This document shows positions 39,536 to 52,500 of a stretch of DNA of 64,000 nucleotides, piece after piece. Every line of letters starts with the position of its first letter. Positions within the stretch are counted from its first letter, which is position 1. A program made the translations under genes and the position numbers. Origin of the DNA: Bispira polyomma (taxonomy: Eukaryota); the NCBI GenBank assembly GCA_965649765.1, contig OZ287755.1:59024001-59088000 (forward strand), given 5' to 3'. A model generated the notes under the pieces. It searched no databases. It was not told where the DNA came from and saw nothing but the letters and a program-made list of their open reading frames with translations.

Positions 39536-39849
39536 ACTCATCGGACAGAAAATAGTATAGTGATCGAATGGTTAACGGTTTGAATCCTGGTGAAAGCATT
39601 ATAGCAGTACTAGAAGGATGTGAGGGCAATATCCTTGGACCAGATGCAATATAACATGCCATAAAAATGCTTACAATAAATAAAAAATATAGTTTAAAAT
39701 AGATACCCTATGCCAGGCTACTGTTTGTTTTTATTAACCCCATACTTACTGGGGACGGTAGAATTATAGGGAAACCCTATTTTAAAGATTCTGTAGCTAG
39801 AGGTATTACTATAGGCTGGGCTAAAGACTCCTTTTTGCCCAAATAATTT

Positions 39850-40265
39850 CTAACCCTGCCTCCCCTAAGAGACCCCCTACCCTACCCCTCCTCTACCCCT
39901 CCTCCCTCCCCCCCCCAAAAAAAAAAAAATAAACCAATAAGATCTTTACTCCCCATCCTTGTCCCCTTTTAATAACACCCCCCCAACAGGATTTCTACTA
40001 CCACCCCCCACCCCCCCTTGCCCCTCCCTCCCTTGTCTCCTCCCCCAAAAAGAACAATAAAATCCCTACTCCCCCTATCTTTACCCCTCCCTCCATTGAC
40101 CCCTCCCAACAGGATCCCCCTTCGCCCCTCCCCCTATCGTGCCCCCCCCCCTTCCCAAAAGGATCTCTACTCACCCTCCCTCTAGCTTGACCCCAAACAA
40201 GATTCCTGTTCTTCATCTCATCATTCTCAACACCCCCCCTCCACGTCTTCCCCCTCAGTTCATTA
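39850..40265 (+). promoter_or_regulatory. Candidate promoter: C-rich tract ending in an Initiator-like TCAGTT
   Basis: About 400 bp of C-rich sequence with TCAGTT at 40255-40260, followed by a TE-free leader-like region up to the signal-peptide exon. Confidence 0.35.
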
Positions 40266-42810
40266 ACCATCCAAACAACCACACACACACATACCCCCCC
40301 CCCCCCTCATATTGACAGCCTGATTTTCGCCATTTGTTACAGTAATTGGCCTCAACAGTAGCTCAACACACGGAAAAGTGAGCACAACATTTAAGACACA
40401 GGACAACAAGCTCACACACACACTCACACAGACAGACACCCAGCCATTCAGTAGGTTTTTTTTTATTCCTCGCCACATCACACTGTTATATTATCACTAG
40501 TCCGTCGAAACAGAACCAACAACCAACACATGCACGAAATTGTCGGGATTTTAATACAACGACTGTTTTCGGTTTAGGAGTATAATGATGATTTTGTCTA
40601 AGACTAGGTCTAATACAAGATTAATATAAGGTTTATTCTTTGGCTGTTTACACTATCTGTATAGAATATGCTTGTTGATAGTCTGTTTTCTTGTTCTTGT
40701 CTTATTCAGATCACAGACTGAAGAGAAAAAAACACAGACAATAAGAAAAGTACAGTGAACGAAAAGAAAAATATTATAAAGAAAAATCAGAAGTTGGATT
40801 AATATTATACCATCCAGAGAGATATATATATAGCTGTGAAGATAAAATTGTATTTTATCTTAAAAAATAATCCATCATTATTCAAGAGGAGACAAAAATG
40901 TATATTGAGGTAATGTGTAATTCTAACTTTAAAACCCACACGTGGATAATATAGGATAAGGATACATTCAACCAATCACCCACGGGACACGAATGCAATA
41001 CGGAAGGATCAGAACTGTGCTTATTGTGGGCTATTAGTACATTTTGAGTGCGAAGAAAGTCAAAAATCAAAAAACAAACAAGAAATGGATTATTAATAGG
41101 AGGAACAACTAGTAGAAACAAAGCCTGTAATTAGCTATTGTTGTGAGAAAGGATCAGGGGAGAAGTAGAAACCAACCATTTTGTGTTGTAACTTGTGTAA
41201 GTTGAGTGAGTGAGTGAGAGTCTGTGTGAGTAGTTGGTGTATGACTGGGGTGTACTTTGTGTCAGCAATCACAGTTGTTGTTTTGTGTAGATCAAGAAAA
41301 AAGGGGGTATTTAAATATATTATATAATATACTAACTACCCATGTGATCACACATTATACACACATATCCAGTCTCAGAGGACTGTTGGATTAATTAAGA
41401 AGGTGGGCAAAAGATTAATAAACTTTTACTCTTCTCATTTTTTTTTTAAATAAAGCAAAAGAGTTGGGGAGGAAAACAAGGTGTTCACTTCAGTCTGTGA
41501 ACAGGCGGGAAAAAGGACGGACTTTTGTAAATAAAAGAGACAGCAAAATAGTAGCACCAAAAATATAGAGACATTTGATTTTAGGAAAGTCACTCTTGTA
41601 AGCTGCTTTAATAGAGTCGCCCACAAAAAAAAGGTTCTGAGGAATATCAGAAAACGGTAGTGTCTTTGAGTAAGTAAAACGTTTCTTTGTTTATTATGTT
41701 TATTTATTTATTATACTGGCATAGAGTAATTCAATCAAAAAAAAAATATATAAAAAAAAAAACTAACATATTTTGTAAATCATTAAAGTTTATTTCTGTC
41801 AAACATATTTACTGGCTTCTTTCAATATTTTCAAAGGCAATCAAACATGTCCTCTGACAGTCCTGACAACTAGTTAATTCACTTGATTAGTTCATTGACA
41901 AAACCCCCATATATATGTATGTCACGTTGAAATTTGTTTAAAACATTTATAAGAATTTCTCTCACAAACCACAAAACACTCTCTCTTGAAAAACAGCAAA
42001 ATATTTTCATATAGCTATATTAACTCTCATTGAGTGAATTATCACAAACTTACAAACAAATCCAATAATTGATGGTGTGTTGAAACCTCCCTAATTGAGC
42101 ATATATTGAAGTACTTTCAGAACAAATTTTTATTTTCCCAGAACTGAGCATTTTTTTAAAAAAGTAAGTGAATTTTCATTTTCTATATATGACATATATA
42201 TGACAAGAGTTTTTTTTTTTTTTACAAATTATGTCATTTATATTTGAACCCCCAAAGTGTATCTGTTTTAATGCAATTTTTGAAGAGGTAACAATTCTTA
42301 ACTGAGAGTGAGTGTATTTGGATATATTTCTACAGCCTTTCGGTTATATCTGGGGTGTTTTTTGTTTTTTTTGTTTTGTTTTTTTATTATTGGGGGGGGG
42401 GGGGGGGCAATCTGAAAATATATTTAATAGTTTATGTGTGTTTGTGTGTGTAGTTGTTTTTTATTTACAACAGAGAAAACAAACAAAAACTACAAGCGAT
42501 AAAGAGGGTTGGCTGAAATCTTAACAGGAAACAGTTCAATATAAGTATTATGTACATAAACTTTATTTTTGGATATGAAATACATATATTGAATAATTAT
42601 ATATGTGTTATTCATTTATTATTCTTACTGTATTGAAATAGTCTTATTTTAATTAAAAAACACACATTAAATAAAATGATGAAAACATTTTGTTTTGAAC
42701 AAATAGATTTTCTTTAATTTAAACATGTTAGACAGACTTTGACGATGTGGTTTTGTTTTAATTTGTTAAAAAGCAGACTCACTTCCGGCCGGGTTTATGG
42801 TGTGTTCAAG

Positions 42811-42889
42811 ATGGGAGTCGTTTGCAGCCTGAGACGCTGGAGCTTTGTGTTCGTGGCCCACCTGACCCTGGTCATCCTGTTGGTCCAAG
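42811..42889 (+). CDS. First coding exon (signal peptide) of an unidentified secreted or cell-surface protein
   Basis: Kozak-like CAAGATGG start. It encodes MGVVCSLRRWSFVFVAHLTLVILLVQ (basic n-region, hydrophobic h-region) and ends at a phase-1 donor CAAG|GTAGGG. It is a GC-rich island in very AT-rich flanks. Confidence 0.75.
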
Positions 42890-43024
42890 GTAGGGCTTAT
42901 AAAATTACTTAAACGGGGGCATAAATTATTTCAAAAAGTTTAAAGGTGTGTATTTTATTTTGAGCAAGTCATTGTGAAAAGGGGCTCATAAATAATTCCT
43001 TTGAAATTATATAATTAAATAATA

Positions 43025-43275
43025 TAATTAAAATAGCTTATAATATATAAAATGAGAAACTGAATGCTCCCTTGGAGTTTAAATTATTTCATGGAGTTGT
43101 TTGTTTGTTGTTTTTTTTTTTGTTTTTTTTTGTTTTTTTTTTGGGGGGGGGGTGAGGAAAATCTTTGTGGGAAAAAAGGCTTATATGTATATCATTGCTT
43201 ATACTATATATAAATATATATATAAAAATGAGAAACTTAATGCTCCCTAGGAGTGTGAATTATTTCCTGAAGTGT
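43025..43275. repeat. Local direct duplication (about 60 bp) just inside the intron after the signal-peptide exon
   Basis: AAAATGAGAAACTGAATGCTCCCTTGGAGTTTAAATTATTTC and AAAATGAGAAACTTAATGCTCCCTAGGAGTGTGAATTATTTC. Confidence 0.75.
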
Positions 43276-43781
43276 GGAGAAACATTCCTTTCGCCAGCTG
43301 TCACTAAATCTATAATTAAACTAATAATATTCTGACACATGGTCCAGCATTAGATTTATTGCATATTTATTTTACTTTAGTGGTATTTTATTTGTTGGCA
43401 GTGTCAGTATTTTGTAATATCCCGTTGAATTTTATGATAGCCCAGTAATAACTCTACATATAAAGATACCTGTAGGTGAGGTTTCACTAGGAGGCATATT
43501 TAATTGACTAATAAATGCAATTCATATGAAACGACTTGGAAAAAAAAGATTAAAATATTATGTTATAAGTATGTGTAAAGTAAATTTTGTGTAACTGTGT
43601 CTTACAAGCAATACCATTGGTTAAAGGAGTTTTAATGTTCATTTTTGTTACAAAATATGACACAACTACTTTTTAGCACATTGAAGTAGTACTTATAATA
43701 ATATAGATATATATGTATTTGTCTGTGGTATAGTTGAATTATATATTAAAGGTATACACAATAACTATGTAAGGTAAGATA

Positions 43782-44002
43782 CCGTATTTTCTGTAAAGAA
43801 AGACACCCCCCCTCCCCCCCACCCCGTATCAAATTATAGTACTCCTCAAAATTTAAAAGATAAGTAAATGCCACTATTTTAGCAGTTACTACATATTACA
43901 ATATATCATGGAAATACTAATCAAGTAAATCTCGCCTTCAGGCAATGCTGGCAAAGTTAAGATAGTGACTCCCCCCACTCTCTTATGTTACAGAAATTAC
44001 GG
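43782..44002. mobile_element. Pogo/Tc-like MITE
   Basis: TA|CCGTATTTTCTGTAA ... TTACAGAAATTACGG|TA. Confidence 0.8.
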
Positions 44003-44965
44003 TATATTTGTGTAAAGTGATTCTCAATATCATTGGTAAAGTGTTCAATTGTATCACATATGGACTTGTATAAAGTGTCTAAAACATCACAAATATTTTT
44101 AGCTGTAATGTGTATACAATTGTGCAATAGAAAACAGTTATTTTTAATGACAATAATGTGGTTTTGTACTGTTGAAGGAGAAGTAGAACTATGTCAATAT
44201 TTAACCAGACAATACTTAAAGTTTTTAAGTTCTAGAACTTGTACAACACAAAAAGCTTTCATTTGAGATGCAAGAACATAAATCGTATCTGTACTTTATT
44301 TGACATTTTTGCCCAAACTATAAATATATGATGAGTCAATTACAAGTATATATATACTTGACATTTGTTGTTGTGGCTGAGATGTCGTTGGTACAGGGAT
44401 TAGGCATTATATAAAAAAACAAACATCTGACACACTAACAGATAGTCATACTGATTGTTGTGATGAATATGTTACAGACTGCAATTTTCACCTGTAACCT
44501 TTCCCAGCAATATTTATGTAAACAAAAACTAAAACAGACAATGCCACCATAAAATTAAAAGGTTAATCAATATTAAATATATCATCCATGTCCAGTATTG
44601 TATAACAAGACATTTTCAATAGAAGTTGTGGCTAATACCCTTGTACGTTGCCTCCTTGACTACTGCAATTCCCTTGTGTTTGGGGTAAAAAAGTCTCACA
44701 TTAACAAGGCCCTTTAAAAATGAAAAAATACTGGAAATCTATACTGTGTATTTGTATTTTGAACTAAAAAAATAGTGAACAATATTCCAGTGAACATCTA
44801 ACAAATATTACTGAAACATTTTTTTATAGTCAAATTTTCTACTTAATGCAGTATTTTTCATGGTATATCAAAAAAGTAAATAGTTCATCTGTAATCCATC
44901 AAAAAATCACTTGGGCAGGGGAGAGTAAACAGATGTATGGGAACACTCTAAAGAAATATTGATAA

Positions 44966-45232
44966 TGTGGCATTCACACATCGCAGGAAATCATATCTAT
45001 AACTTCCCTTAACTTCAGCTTTCTTGGCTGAACCTTCTACAGTCTTCCGTCCCAGTAATCATGTGTTTTTGCCCATTTTCACTGTTTCCGAGTGTTTGTT
45101 AGTATTCCCGTATCAATACTGTAAAAGTCTTCCGTCCCAGTTATCAGTCTGTTTCCATCTGTAAAACAAGTTACAAGACCTTCTGATACCATCTGGTACC
45201 GTGTACCATACCGCCAATGTGTGAATGTGGCA
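44966..45232. mobile_element. Harbinger-like MITE
   Basis: TAA|TGTGGCATTCACACAT ... ATGTGTGAATGTGGCA|TAA, with internal direct repeat GTCTTCCGTCCCAGT. Confidence 0.7.
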
Positions 45233-45439
45233 TAAGGAATGACAACCTTTGCCGTGTGTTTAACGCGTACATGGAAACAGGCTCCTAGAGATACAGGATC
45301 TTGTCCCCACACCTTCCTATATTGATCTGTTAAAGGATGCACTACTTCAGTGTCTACCACAAGTACTTCTGTTTATGATAGCTTAAGCTATCTTCTAAGC
45401 CTTTTTACATAACCTTGTATTTTACAGGCTGGAATCCGC

Positions 45440-45620
45440 CTTAACTACGCAAACAAGAGTTGTCTCTTTTAAAAAACATTGGCACGCAGTGTGAAATACG
45501 CTTAACGTTGATATTGGTCAGTATATATACTCAGACAGGCTATATCTAATATAGCAATAAATCTGACACCACGTCAGTTTGGCCTGGTCGATTGCTTACA
45601 ACCAATCCATGAAGGCCTTA
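45440..45620 (+). repeat. Interspersed repeat, probable DNA-transposon end
   Basis: ACAAGAGTTGT...CAGTGTGAAATAC...TTGATATTGGTCA...ACCAAT..GAAGGCCTTA, also at about 46930-47045 and 55690-55860. Confidence 0.7.
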
Positions 45621-47478
45621 CATATTTTCAAAAATGGCACATCAATGAAAAGAATACCAGGATGCGCCTGATAAAAAGTACCAACAAATCTCCAAACAGT
45701 GCACAGAAGTCAAGCATTTAATCATATCCCATTTTTGTTGTTGCTGGAAAATTATTGATATAAATTTTTGCTTCTTGCACTGTTTGTTTAATATATAATA
45801 TGCGCCCCAAGAGTTGTGTAATAGCAGAATCTCTATTATCCAAACGTCTGTGTTCTACAAAATTTTAATTTCTGCTCTACCCCCCAAAAAATTTTCTTCA
45901 AATTTTTTTTAAATTTTATGAACCTTTTATTTTCTGAAAGAAATCTTGTTCTCCCAATATGTTCGGAAAATAGAGTTTCCATACCTTATCCCCCTTTAAA
46001 TATATATTATATCTAGGTCTGTGACTTAGTTTGATTAAAGTTATATACATACATGACATGTATGACACAGCTACATTGGCTCGTTTTAAACAACAGTAAT
46101 ACAATGTATAGAGAAGAGATATGATGGGAACAAATCATATCAAGTAAGACAGCTTTAATTTGATTTTAAAAAGGAGATATTTATGGCTTTGAAAGGTCAA
46201 GCAAACATCAATTATAGCTGATGAAACTTAGAAAGCATGAAGTGCTATGAACAATATATTGTAGAATTTCAGCCATTACAACTAAACTTTAGTGGTTACA
46301 TTTGGTCAACTTACTGTTTTTGGTAGAATGTTCTTTTAAATTGAAATGGAAGATTTTTTTACCCTTAGTATATGTGGTGTTACTTTTTAATATAACAATC
46401 TTTTCACAGGTAGAATTGTCCTTTTGAGGGGAATTAGTGTCTTTGACGAAATGTTGTTCCCACCAACAAGCTTTTTTATTCACTGATTTGCTTCTTACTA
46501 GGGAAAAACACATTCGATCATAAAAAAGCTCTATGTTCAATGATGGAAAATCCAGGGAATATATATCTCCTCAGCATTTTTTTTACTTTTATACCTAGTA
46601 AATCTCCGAGGGTGTTTTTCGTTGTCGTTGGTTTTTTTTCGTTTGTTGGTTTGCAGGGAGCAAGTACAAGATATGACCTGTGGCTCTGTTTGTATAATGA
46701 AACCAGACAAAAAAAAAAACAATGTACCAAATAAACAAATACCTGTAAACTAAATCTTCTAACCCATTCTTTCTTAGCAGTGTCTTCTGCTCGGATATTA
46801 CTTAACTATTATTACAACTCTTTAAAGGTGCAAGACCAATTTTGATATTGGTCAGTACATACCAATGTTGCATAACGCGCGAAGCTTGCAGTTGGTGGAC
46901 TTTTGTAGATGTATTTTCGTGACTAAAGTTTTTCACAAGAAGAGTTGTCTTTTTTTTCTTTTTTTTTAAAAAGAGGCTCACAGTGTGAAATACACTTTGT
47001 ATGTTGATATGGTCACTATATATATTCAGGCCCGTTTGGCACCGCCTACAAATATTAAATTGTGGTTTTATGTGGTTTTAATGGGGTTTGGTAAAAATAT
47101 TATATTTTTGGTTTTGCAACTCACAGAAAACAATCTGGACATAAACGTATCCAGGCTGTTTATTTTTTGGAACATGAGGCTAACAACAGAATTTTAACAG
47201 TTATGTTCACAATATATTCTGGGGGGGGGGTGGATCCCCTACTTTATACAAATTCCTGCATCCACATATGCTTGGTGCAATTTAAAGAATCATCCACTGC
47301 CTTTATTGCAAGCACAATATTCTAAGCCTTCTTCCATGTTTAATTCACTGTTAAGATGGTCCTGCTCTTTAAGTCATACAGATACAAACACCCCACTGCT
47401 TCACAAGAGAACTGCTTGTGTGTAAGAAAGAGATGACAACATAGCCTTGAAATAGGCCCCAAGTTTCAAAAAACTAGC

Positions 47479-47960
47479 TAGCATCCTAGCTTTAGTCTTA
47501 AAATAAGTAAGTCGCATCCTAGCTTTAGTCCTAAATTAGTAGTTAGCATCCTAGCTTTGGTCCTAAAATAAGTAGGTAGCATCCTCACTTTAGTCCTAAA
47601 TTAGTAGGTAGCACCCTAGGTTTAGTCCTAAATAAGTAGGTAGCAACCTAGCGTCAGTCCTAAATAAGTAGGTAGCAACCTAGCTTCAGTCCTAAATTAG
47701 TAGGTAGCATCCTAGCTTTAGTCCTAAATTAGTAGTTAGCATCCTAGCTTTGGTCCTAAAATAAGTAGGTAGCATCCTCACTTTAGTCCTAAATTAGTAG
47801 GTAGCACCCTAGCTTTAGTCCTAAATAAGTAGGTGGCAACCTAGCTTCAGTCCTAAATTAGTAGGTAGCATCCTAGCATTAGTCCTAAATTAGTAGATAG
47901 CATCCTAGCTTTAGTCCTAAAATAAGTAGGTAGCATCCTAGCTTTAGTCCTTAATTAGTC
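47479..47960. repeat. 32-bp minisatellite, about 15 units
   Basis: Unit GTAGCATCCTAGCTTTAGTCCTAAATTAGTAG. Confidence 0.95.
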
Positions 47961-48322
47961 AGTTTCAGAAGTAGGACAAATGTTTAATTTTAACATATAT
48001 TGTATCATATGTGGGCAATTCATTCGTGGAGACAATCAGAGCCAGTTTTGTGCTCAGTAAAAACCATCAGCTTTCCATCAAAGTCTACTGGCAACATTTG
48101 TCACATACACACCAGGACTGAGATTCATACCCACGCCCCACAGGGGTAGAGGCGGGAGCGTATGTGGGAAAATGTTGGCAGTAGACTTGCTGAAGGCTGG
48201 TGGTGCTTTAACCTCAGAAATCCTTGTCGACTAGCTACACCCTGTTTCTCTGATTGTCCTCTTACCAAGTGAACTTTCTCATGGTGATATGACACAAATA
48301 CATATTGAAAGTGACATTATAA

Positions 48323-48561
48323 CCCTTTCGATCACAAGGAAAAAATTATCGCTTAGTACTGAAGGAAATATTTCGGGTAATAGGTTACAGACAGCTGGAG
48401 TCACTAAAACACATACTACTTCCAGCATTCAATAAAGGATTTCTGCTGTACTAACTATTTCTTATCGCGAAGAATTGAAGGAAAATAAAATAACACAGAC
48501 ATAGTGTTCTGTGATTAACAACAGTAATCCATTGCTAGTCAACATCACAGGGATTGGATGG
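48323..48561 (+). mobile_element. piggyBac-like MITE, same family
   Basis: Starts CCCTTTCGATCACAAGGAAAA and has the shared core GGAGTCACTAAAACAC. Confidence 0.75.
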
Positions 48562-49322
48562 TTTAAAACTAAACTAATGTAGAAAATAAATGTATCATTT
48601 TTTAATAATAAATTTTACAAACTTAAGCCTTAGAGAAGGCTAGTGTGGAAATAGTCCTGCCCAGATTTTAATCTTTCTGTCACTTGATTAATAAAGGCTT
48701 CACCCCTGGGGTTGAATGTACAAATGGCTGGCTGGCTATTCCCCCCATTTCTTCTTGGGGAGACCAGCTTTTTATTGAATATCTAAATATCTTGTCTCTA
48801 AAAGTTGCCCTCTCCCTCAGCCTTTATCAGAGAGTTGCTGGACCATTTACAAAGGACTCTATGATTTTGTGAATGTATGGCCATTTTGCTGCACAAAGTA
48901 GGATATTTAAAACAGGCACTGCCCTAGATTCAGATCAGTAGCAGTTTAATGTTGGGTTTCCCTTTAATAATCTGAGTCTCATGGACTATTTCTATCTTGT
49001 GAATGCAATTGATTGGGGTGTGGAACTATTTTTGAATGAACTGGACTGGGTGCCACCATATTGGATTTGGCGTATGAATACATAACACTAAAACCCTAAA
49101 GATATAGCACTAAACATTTTTTATAATACTGGGCAAACACAAAGCAAATGAACCTCATCCTTAACATGAATACATGACTATAGTCATCAAATTACCAGTC
49201 ATTACACTAGGGTCAGTGCTTGATGTCATTATGGCGTGCTTTACAATGAAAGCCTAAATCCCTCTGGGTAGAAAATAAATGACTAAACAATGTTGCTTCA
49301 TAATATCTTGCAATTTTCTAGA

Positions 49323-49560
49323 GGCCCACGGTGACCTAGTGGTTAAAAGCACCTGCTTCACAATCACTGGCCTCTCACCAATGTGGGTTTAAATCCTGTT
49401 TCTTCCTTCATGTGGGGAAGAGTTTTACTAGGTACTTGCCCTAATCGGTGGTTTACACAGTGGCTTCAGCACTGATATTTTTCACCATTAAATCTAGCCA
49501 TCGTGATATGACATCAGCTGTTAAAAGTGATGTAAAACTCAACTGAATTCAAATTTAAAT
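49323..49560 (+). mobile_element. tRNA-derived SINE family D (shares its head with family A; V-SINE-like body)
   Basis: A/B boxes, then GGTGGTTTAC...CACCATTAAATCTAGCCATCGTGATATGAC...TGATGTAAAACTCAAC. Other copies or fragments lie at about 3085-3190(-), 3365-3493(-), 5147-5353, 20665-20765(-), 31490-31560, 53395-53510(-), 53520-53693 and 63261-63395, with relatives at 57705-57890 and 63445-63600. Confidence 0.85.
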
Positions 49561-52500
49561 ACACATAGCCTAAAATGGATAGATAAAATGAGTAAATGGC
49601 GTTGCTTCACCCGTAGTTCTATAGAGGCTTGTTTTTAAACACTAGGGCTGTTTCAGCAACAGTGACAGTGACAATGTGGAAACTATTTAGTTCGGAGAAT
49701 CTACATGCAATTGTATATTCATTTGTATATTCAAATTTATTCTCTAACTTGTCGATGGTCAGTGGTTTGGAGTGATTTTACTATTTCCGACTTCTTGGTT
49801 ACAGAGTATTTAAGGTATAATGGATAGGGTTGCAACTAAAATTCATAAAAGTAGTAAACAAAAATAACTTTGGTTAATATTCACAGATATTAAAGGGGAA
49901 TGACTACTTAATAATTTCAAATGCAGTCCGAAAGCTAATTTACCAAGATAAATCTGCAAAAGATATTTGTTTAAGGGCCTTTCTGTAATGTTCGGCCATC
50001 TTGGATTTGACAGGAAATCAACTAGTCTTATATTTTTCAAGATATCTCAAAAAATTAACTGTTCAGACCTGTTTTCAATAATACTGAAATGTCAGGCTAT
50101 GATTGATGTTTATTTGGATATATGATTTGTAGGGCCAGCACTTCGCCAGACTTCAGTATAGCCCAAAACGCTATAAGATAATGTATAGCAAAATTAATAG
50201 TGCTCTCACTCCGTTTACAATTGTATAATATAGACCAAACTAGTATACACAGGTTTCCTCGAGCACTGAAACTACCTGTCGTGAAATGACCCTATATACA
50301 ATGTGTTGAAAGCCAAAATCAAATCAAAATCAAATTTATACCACTGCGCAAGTTTTCTATCACTATTGGGTATTTAAAGCACTAGATTTTACCCTTTTCC
50401 TGACTGCCGAAACCGCCAACCAGTATTAGAAACTGAAAAGAGAGGCTTGAGATTGACAGCATTTATCAACGTCCCCACCAAGAATCTTTGGCCTGCCACT
50501 GGAGGACAGTACCAAGTGTGACAAAGTAACACCACTGCTCATCAAGTCCACTAGGCAAAAAGTATGTTCTCATGATGTTATCCCTAATATATATTTGTGT
50601 CCACTTGACATATCAATTCAAATGTTCAAGTGAGTTGCTGCATTTCACACCATTTTTAGAAAAACAAAATGCTTTGCCAAATCAAATTTAACAAAATTGT
50701 AAAGTAACTTATCATTAGAATTTGAAACTCTACAGACAAATGAAGGAAAGAATAAAAATATTTTACATGTATAAAAACCCTACATTATGTTAAAACATTA
50801 CGTCATGACGACACTGAACTAGAAATTTGGGTGCTTTTTTCGGTCAATAGCCTTTTTTGTTCATATATGCACTTCAATTGAAAAAATATCAAGCTCTTTA
50901 AGTGCAGAAAGGTGAACTAATTACCACTGTGAGTTATTTTAAAATTACCCCATAAAACACACAGATCGAATCAAATTGAAGAGATTAGGAAAAGTGGGAC
51001 ACCCAACAAAAACTGTTTTAGTTGTTCCATAGGGATCAAATCCGATGCCAGTAAAAGCTTAGAAAGACAAAGTTGAATCTCTAGAACAGTAATACATAGT
51101 CGATATGTTTGTTCCCTTATAGAAGTAACAGTTTAAGCATCAATTCGTTTTCTCGTAATTTAGATGATAAAATAACCATTTCATGAACATATAAAAAATA
51201 CATACTTTAATCTTTACAAACATTAATCTTTGGGGTTTTTTCATTAAAAATATTTAAAGTAAAATGAGTTTAAAATTGAATTTATTTAATTTATTTGGTT
51301 TTATCCTTAACATAAACATTTTATCTGTATTTGTTTTTAATAAACATATGTTGGAATTTTTATATCTTTATAACTGAGATGAATATGTGATTTGTTGAAT
51401 GCTAATATTTTTGACTTTGGCTATGTCACTTTTCTTTTTAAGTTTACTTAGATTAGGATTCGGATGCTACAACCTTTGGAGTTATTTTATAGAGTAGATT
51501 TAACCCCTAAAAAGTACCAGGTTAGATCAAATTGTTGGCTGATGTATATATTTTTATGTATTATTATTATTATAAAACGTGTTGTCCGATATTGGTTCTA
51601 TATCTGTATCAATCTCATACCAAATCATTTAACAGACAAGTCCTTTTCTGTTGCAAAAATATAAATTAAAACTCAATTTCTACAGCATTTTCTCATTTGA
51701 ATAAAATGATTTCACTTATATGGTTAAAATTACTTTTCTTTATCTTTATCGGTTATCTGGATTATCTGTCAAATAAGTTTAGCTATATCCAAAAATAATT
51801 TGTGTACATTAAAAGTAACACAAAAATAACTGCAAGTCATGCTAATCAAAATAACTCATTATGTTTAAAGGCCTATGATGCTGTACCTTGGAGTCTGTTG
51901 GTATAGAGATTAAGCAGCTCGGTGTATACTAATTGATTGACTTTGTTGACTTGGAAACTATAACATTTCCTCCTATACATTGTCTAATCTTTTATACCGA
52001 GATACATTTAATGTCTAAAGTCTTCCTTGCCCCAAAAATGCCATAAAGTAACCAAGGGATAACCAAGGACCAAGGAATTTTATATCTCCCTTTATCTGCT
52101 TTCCGGCCCAGTAGAGATGAGGTATCAATCTGGTACTTGAGAGCAGTGTGCCATGAACATACGATCATCAGACTAATGTAAAGACTTCTGCACTGCTTTG
52201 ACTCCCAAATCAAATGCTTCTTCGCTGGCCTTTTATGTTATTATTTATAATTTTTCCTTTTTTCTTTTTCGGCGGTGATGGTGGAGAAATAATGATAACA
52301 GTTTTAACCACTAGCCAGATTATGGACTGTGATACTGATAAACACTCAATAAAAGTGATACAGAGATTCACACTGATGGATTTGTATTCTGGTAAAAGAG
52401 ATTCTTAAGTTAGACTGATAAATATACGTAAGTAGTATTTTATGTTTTACGGAGTGAAATAAACACAATCGACTCTGTTCGAATTTTAAGGCCAATATAT

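Noticed and set aside
39998-40481. Gly-rich minus-strand ORFs
   Set aside because: They are by-products of the C-rich low-complexity tract and CA repeats.
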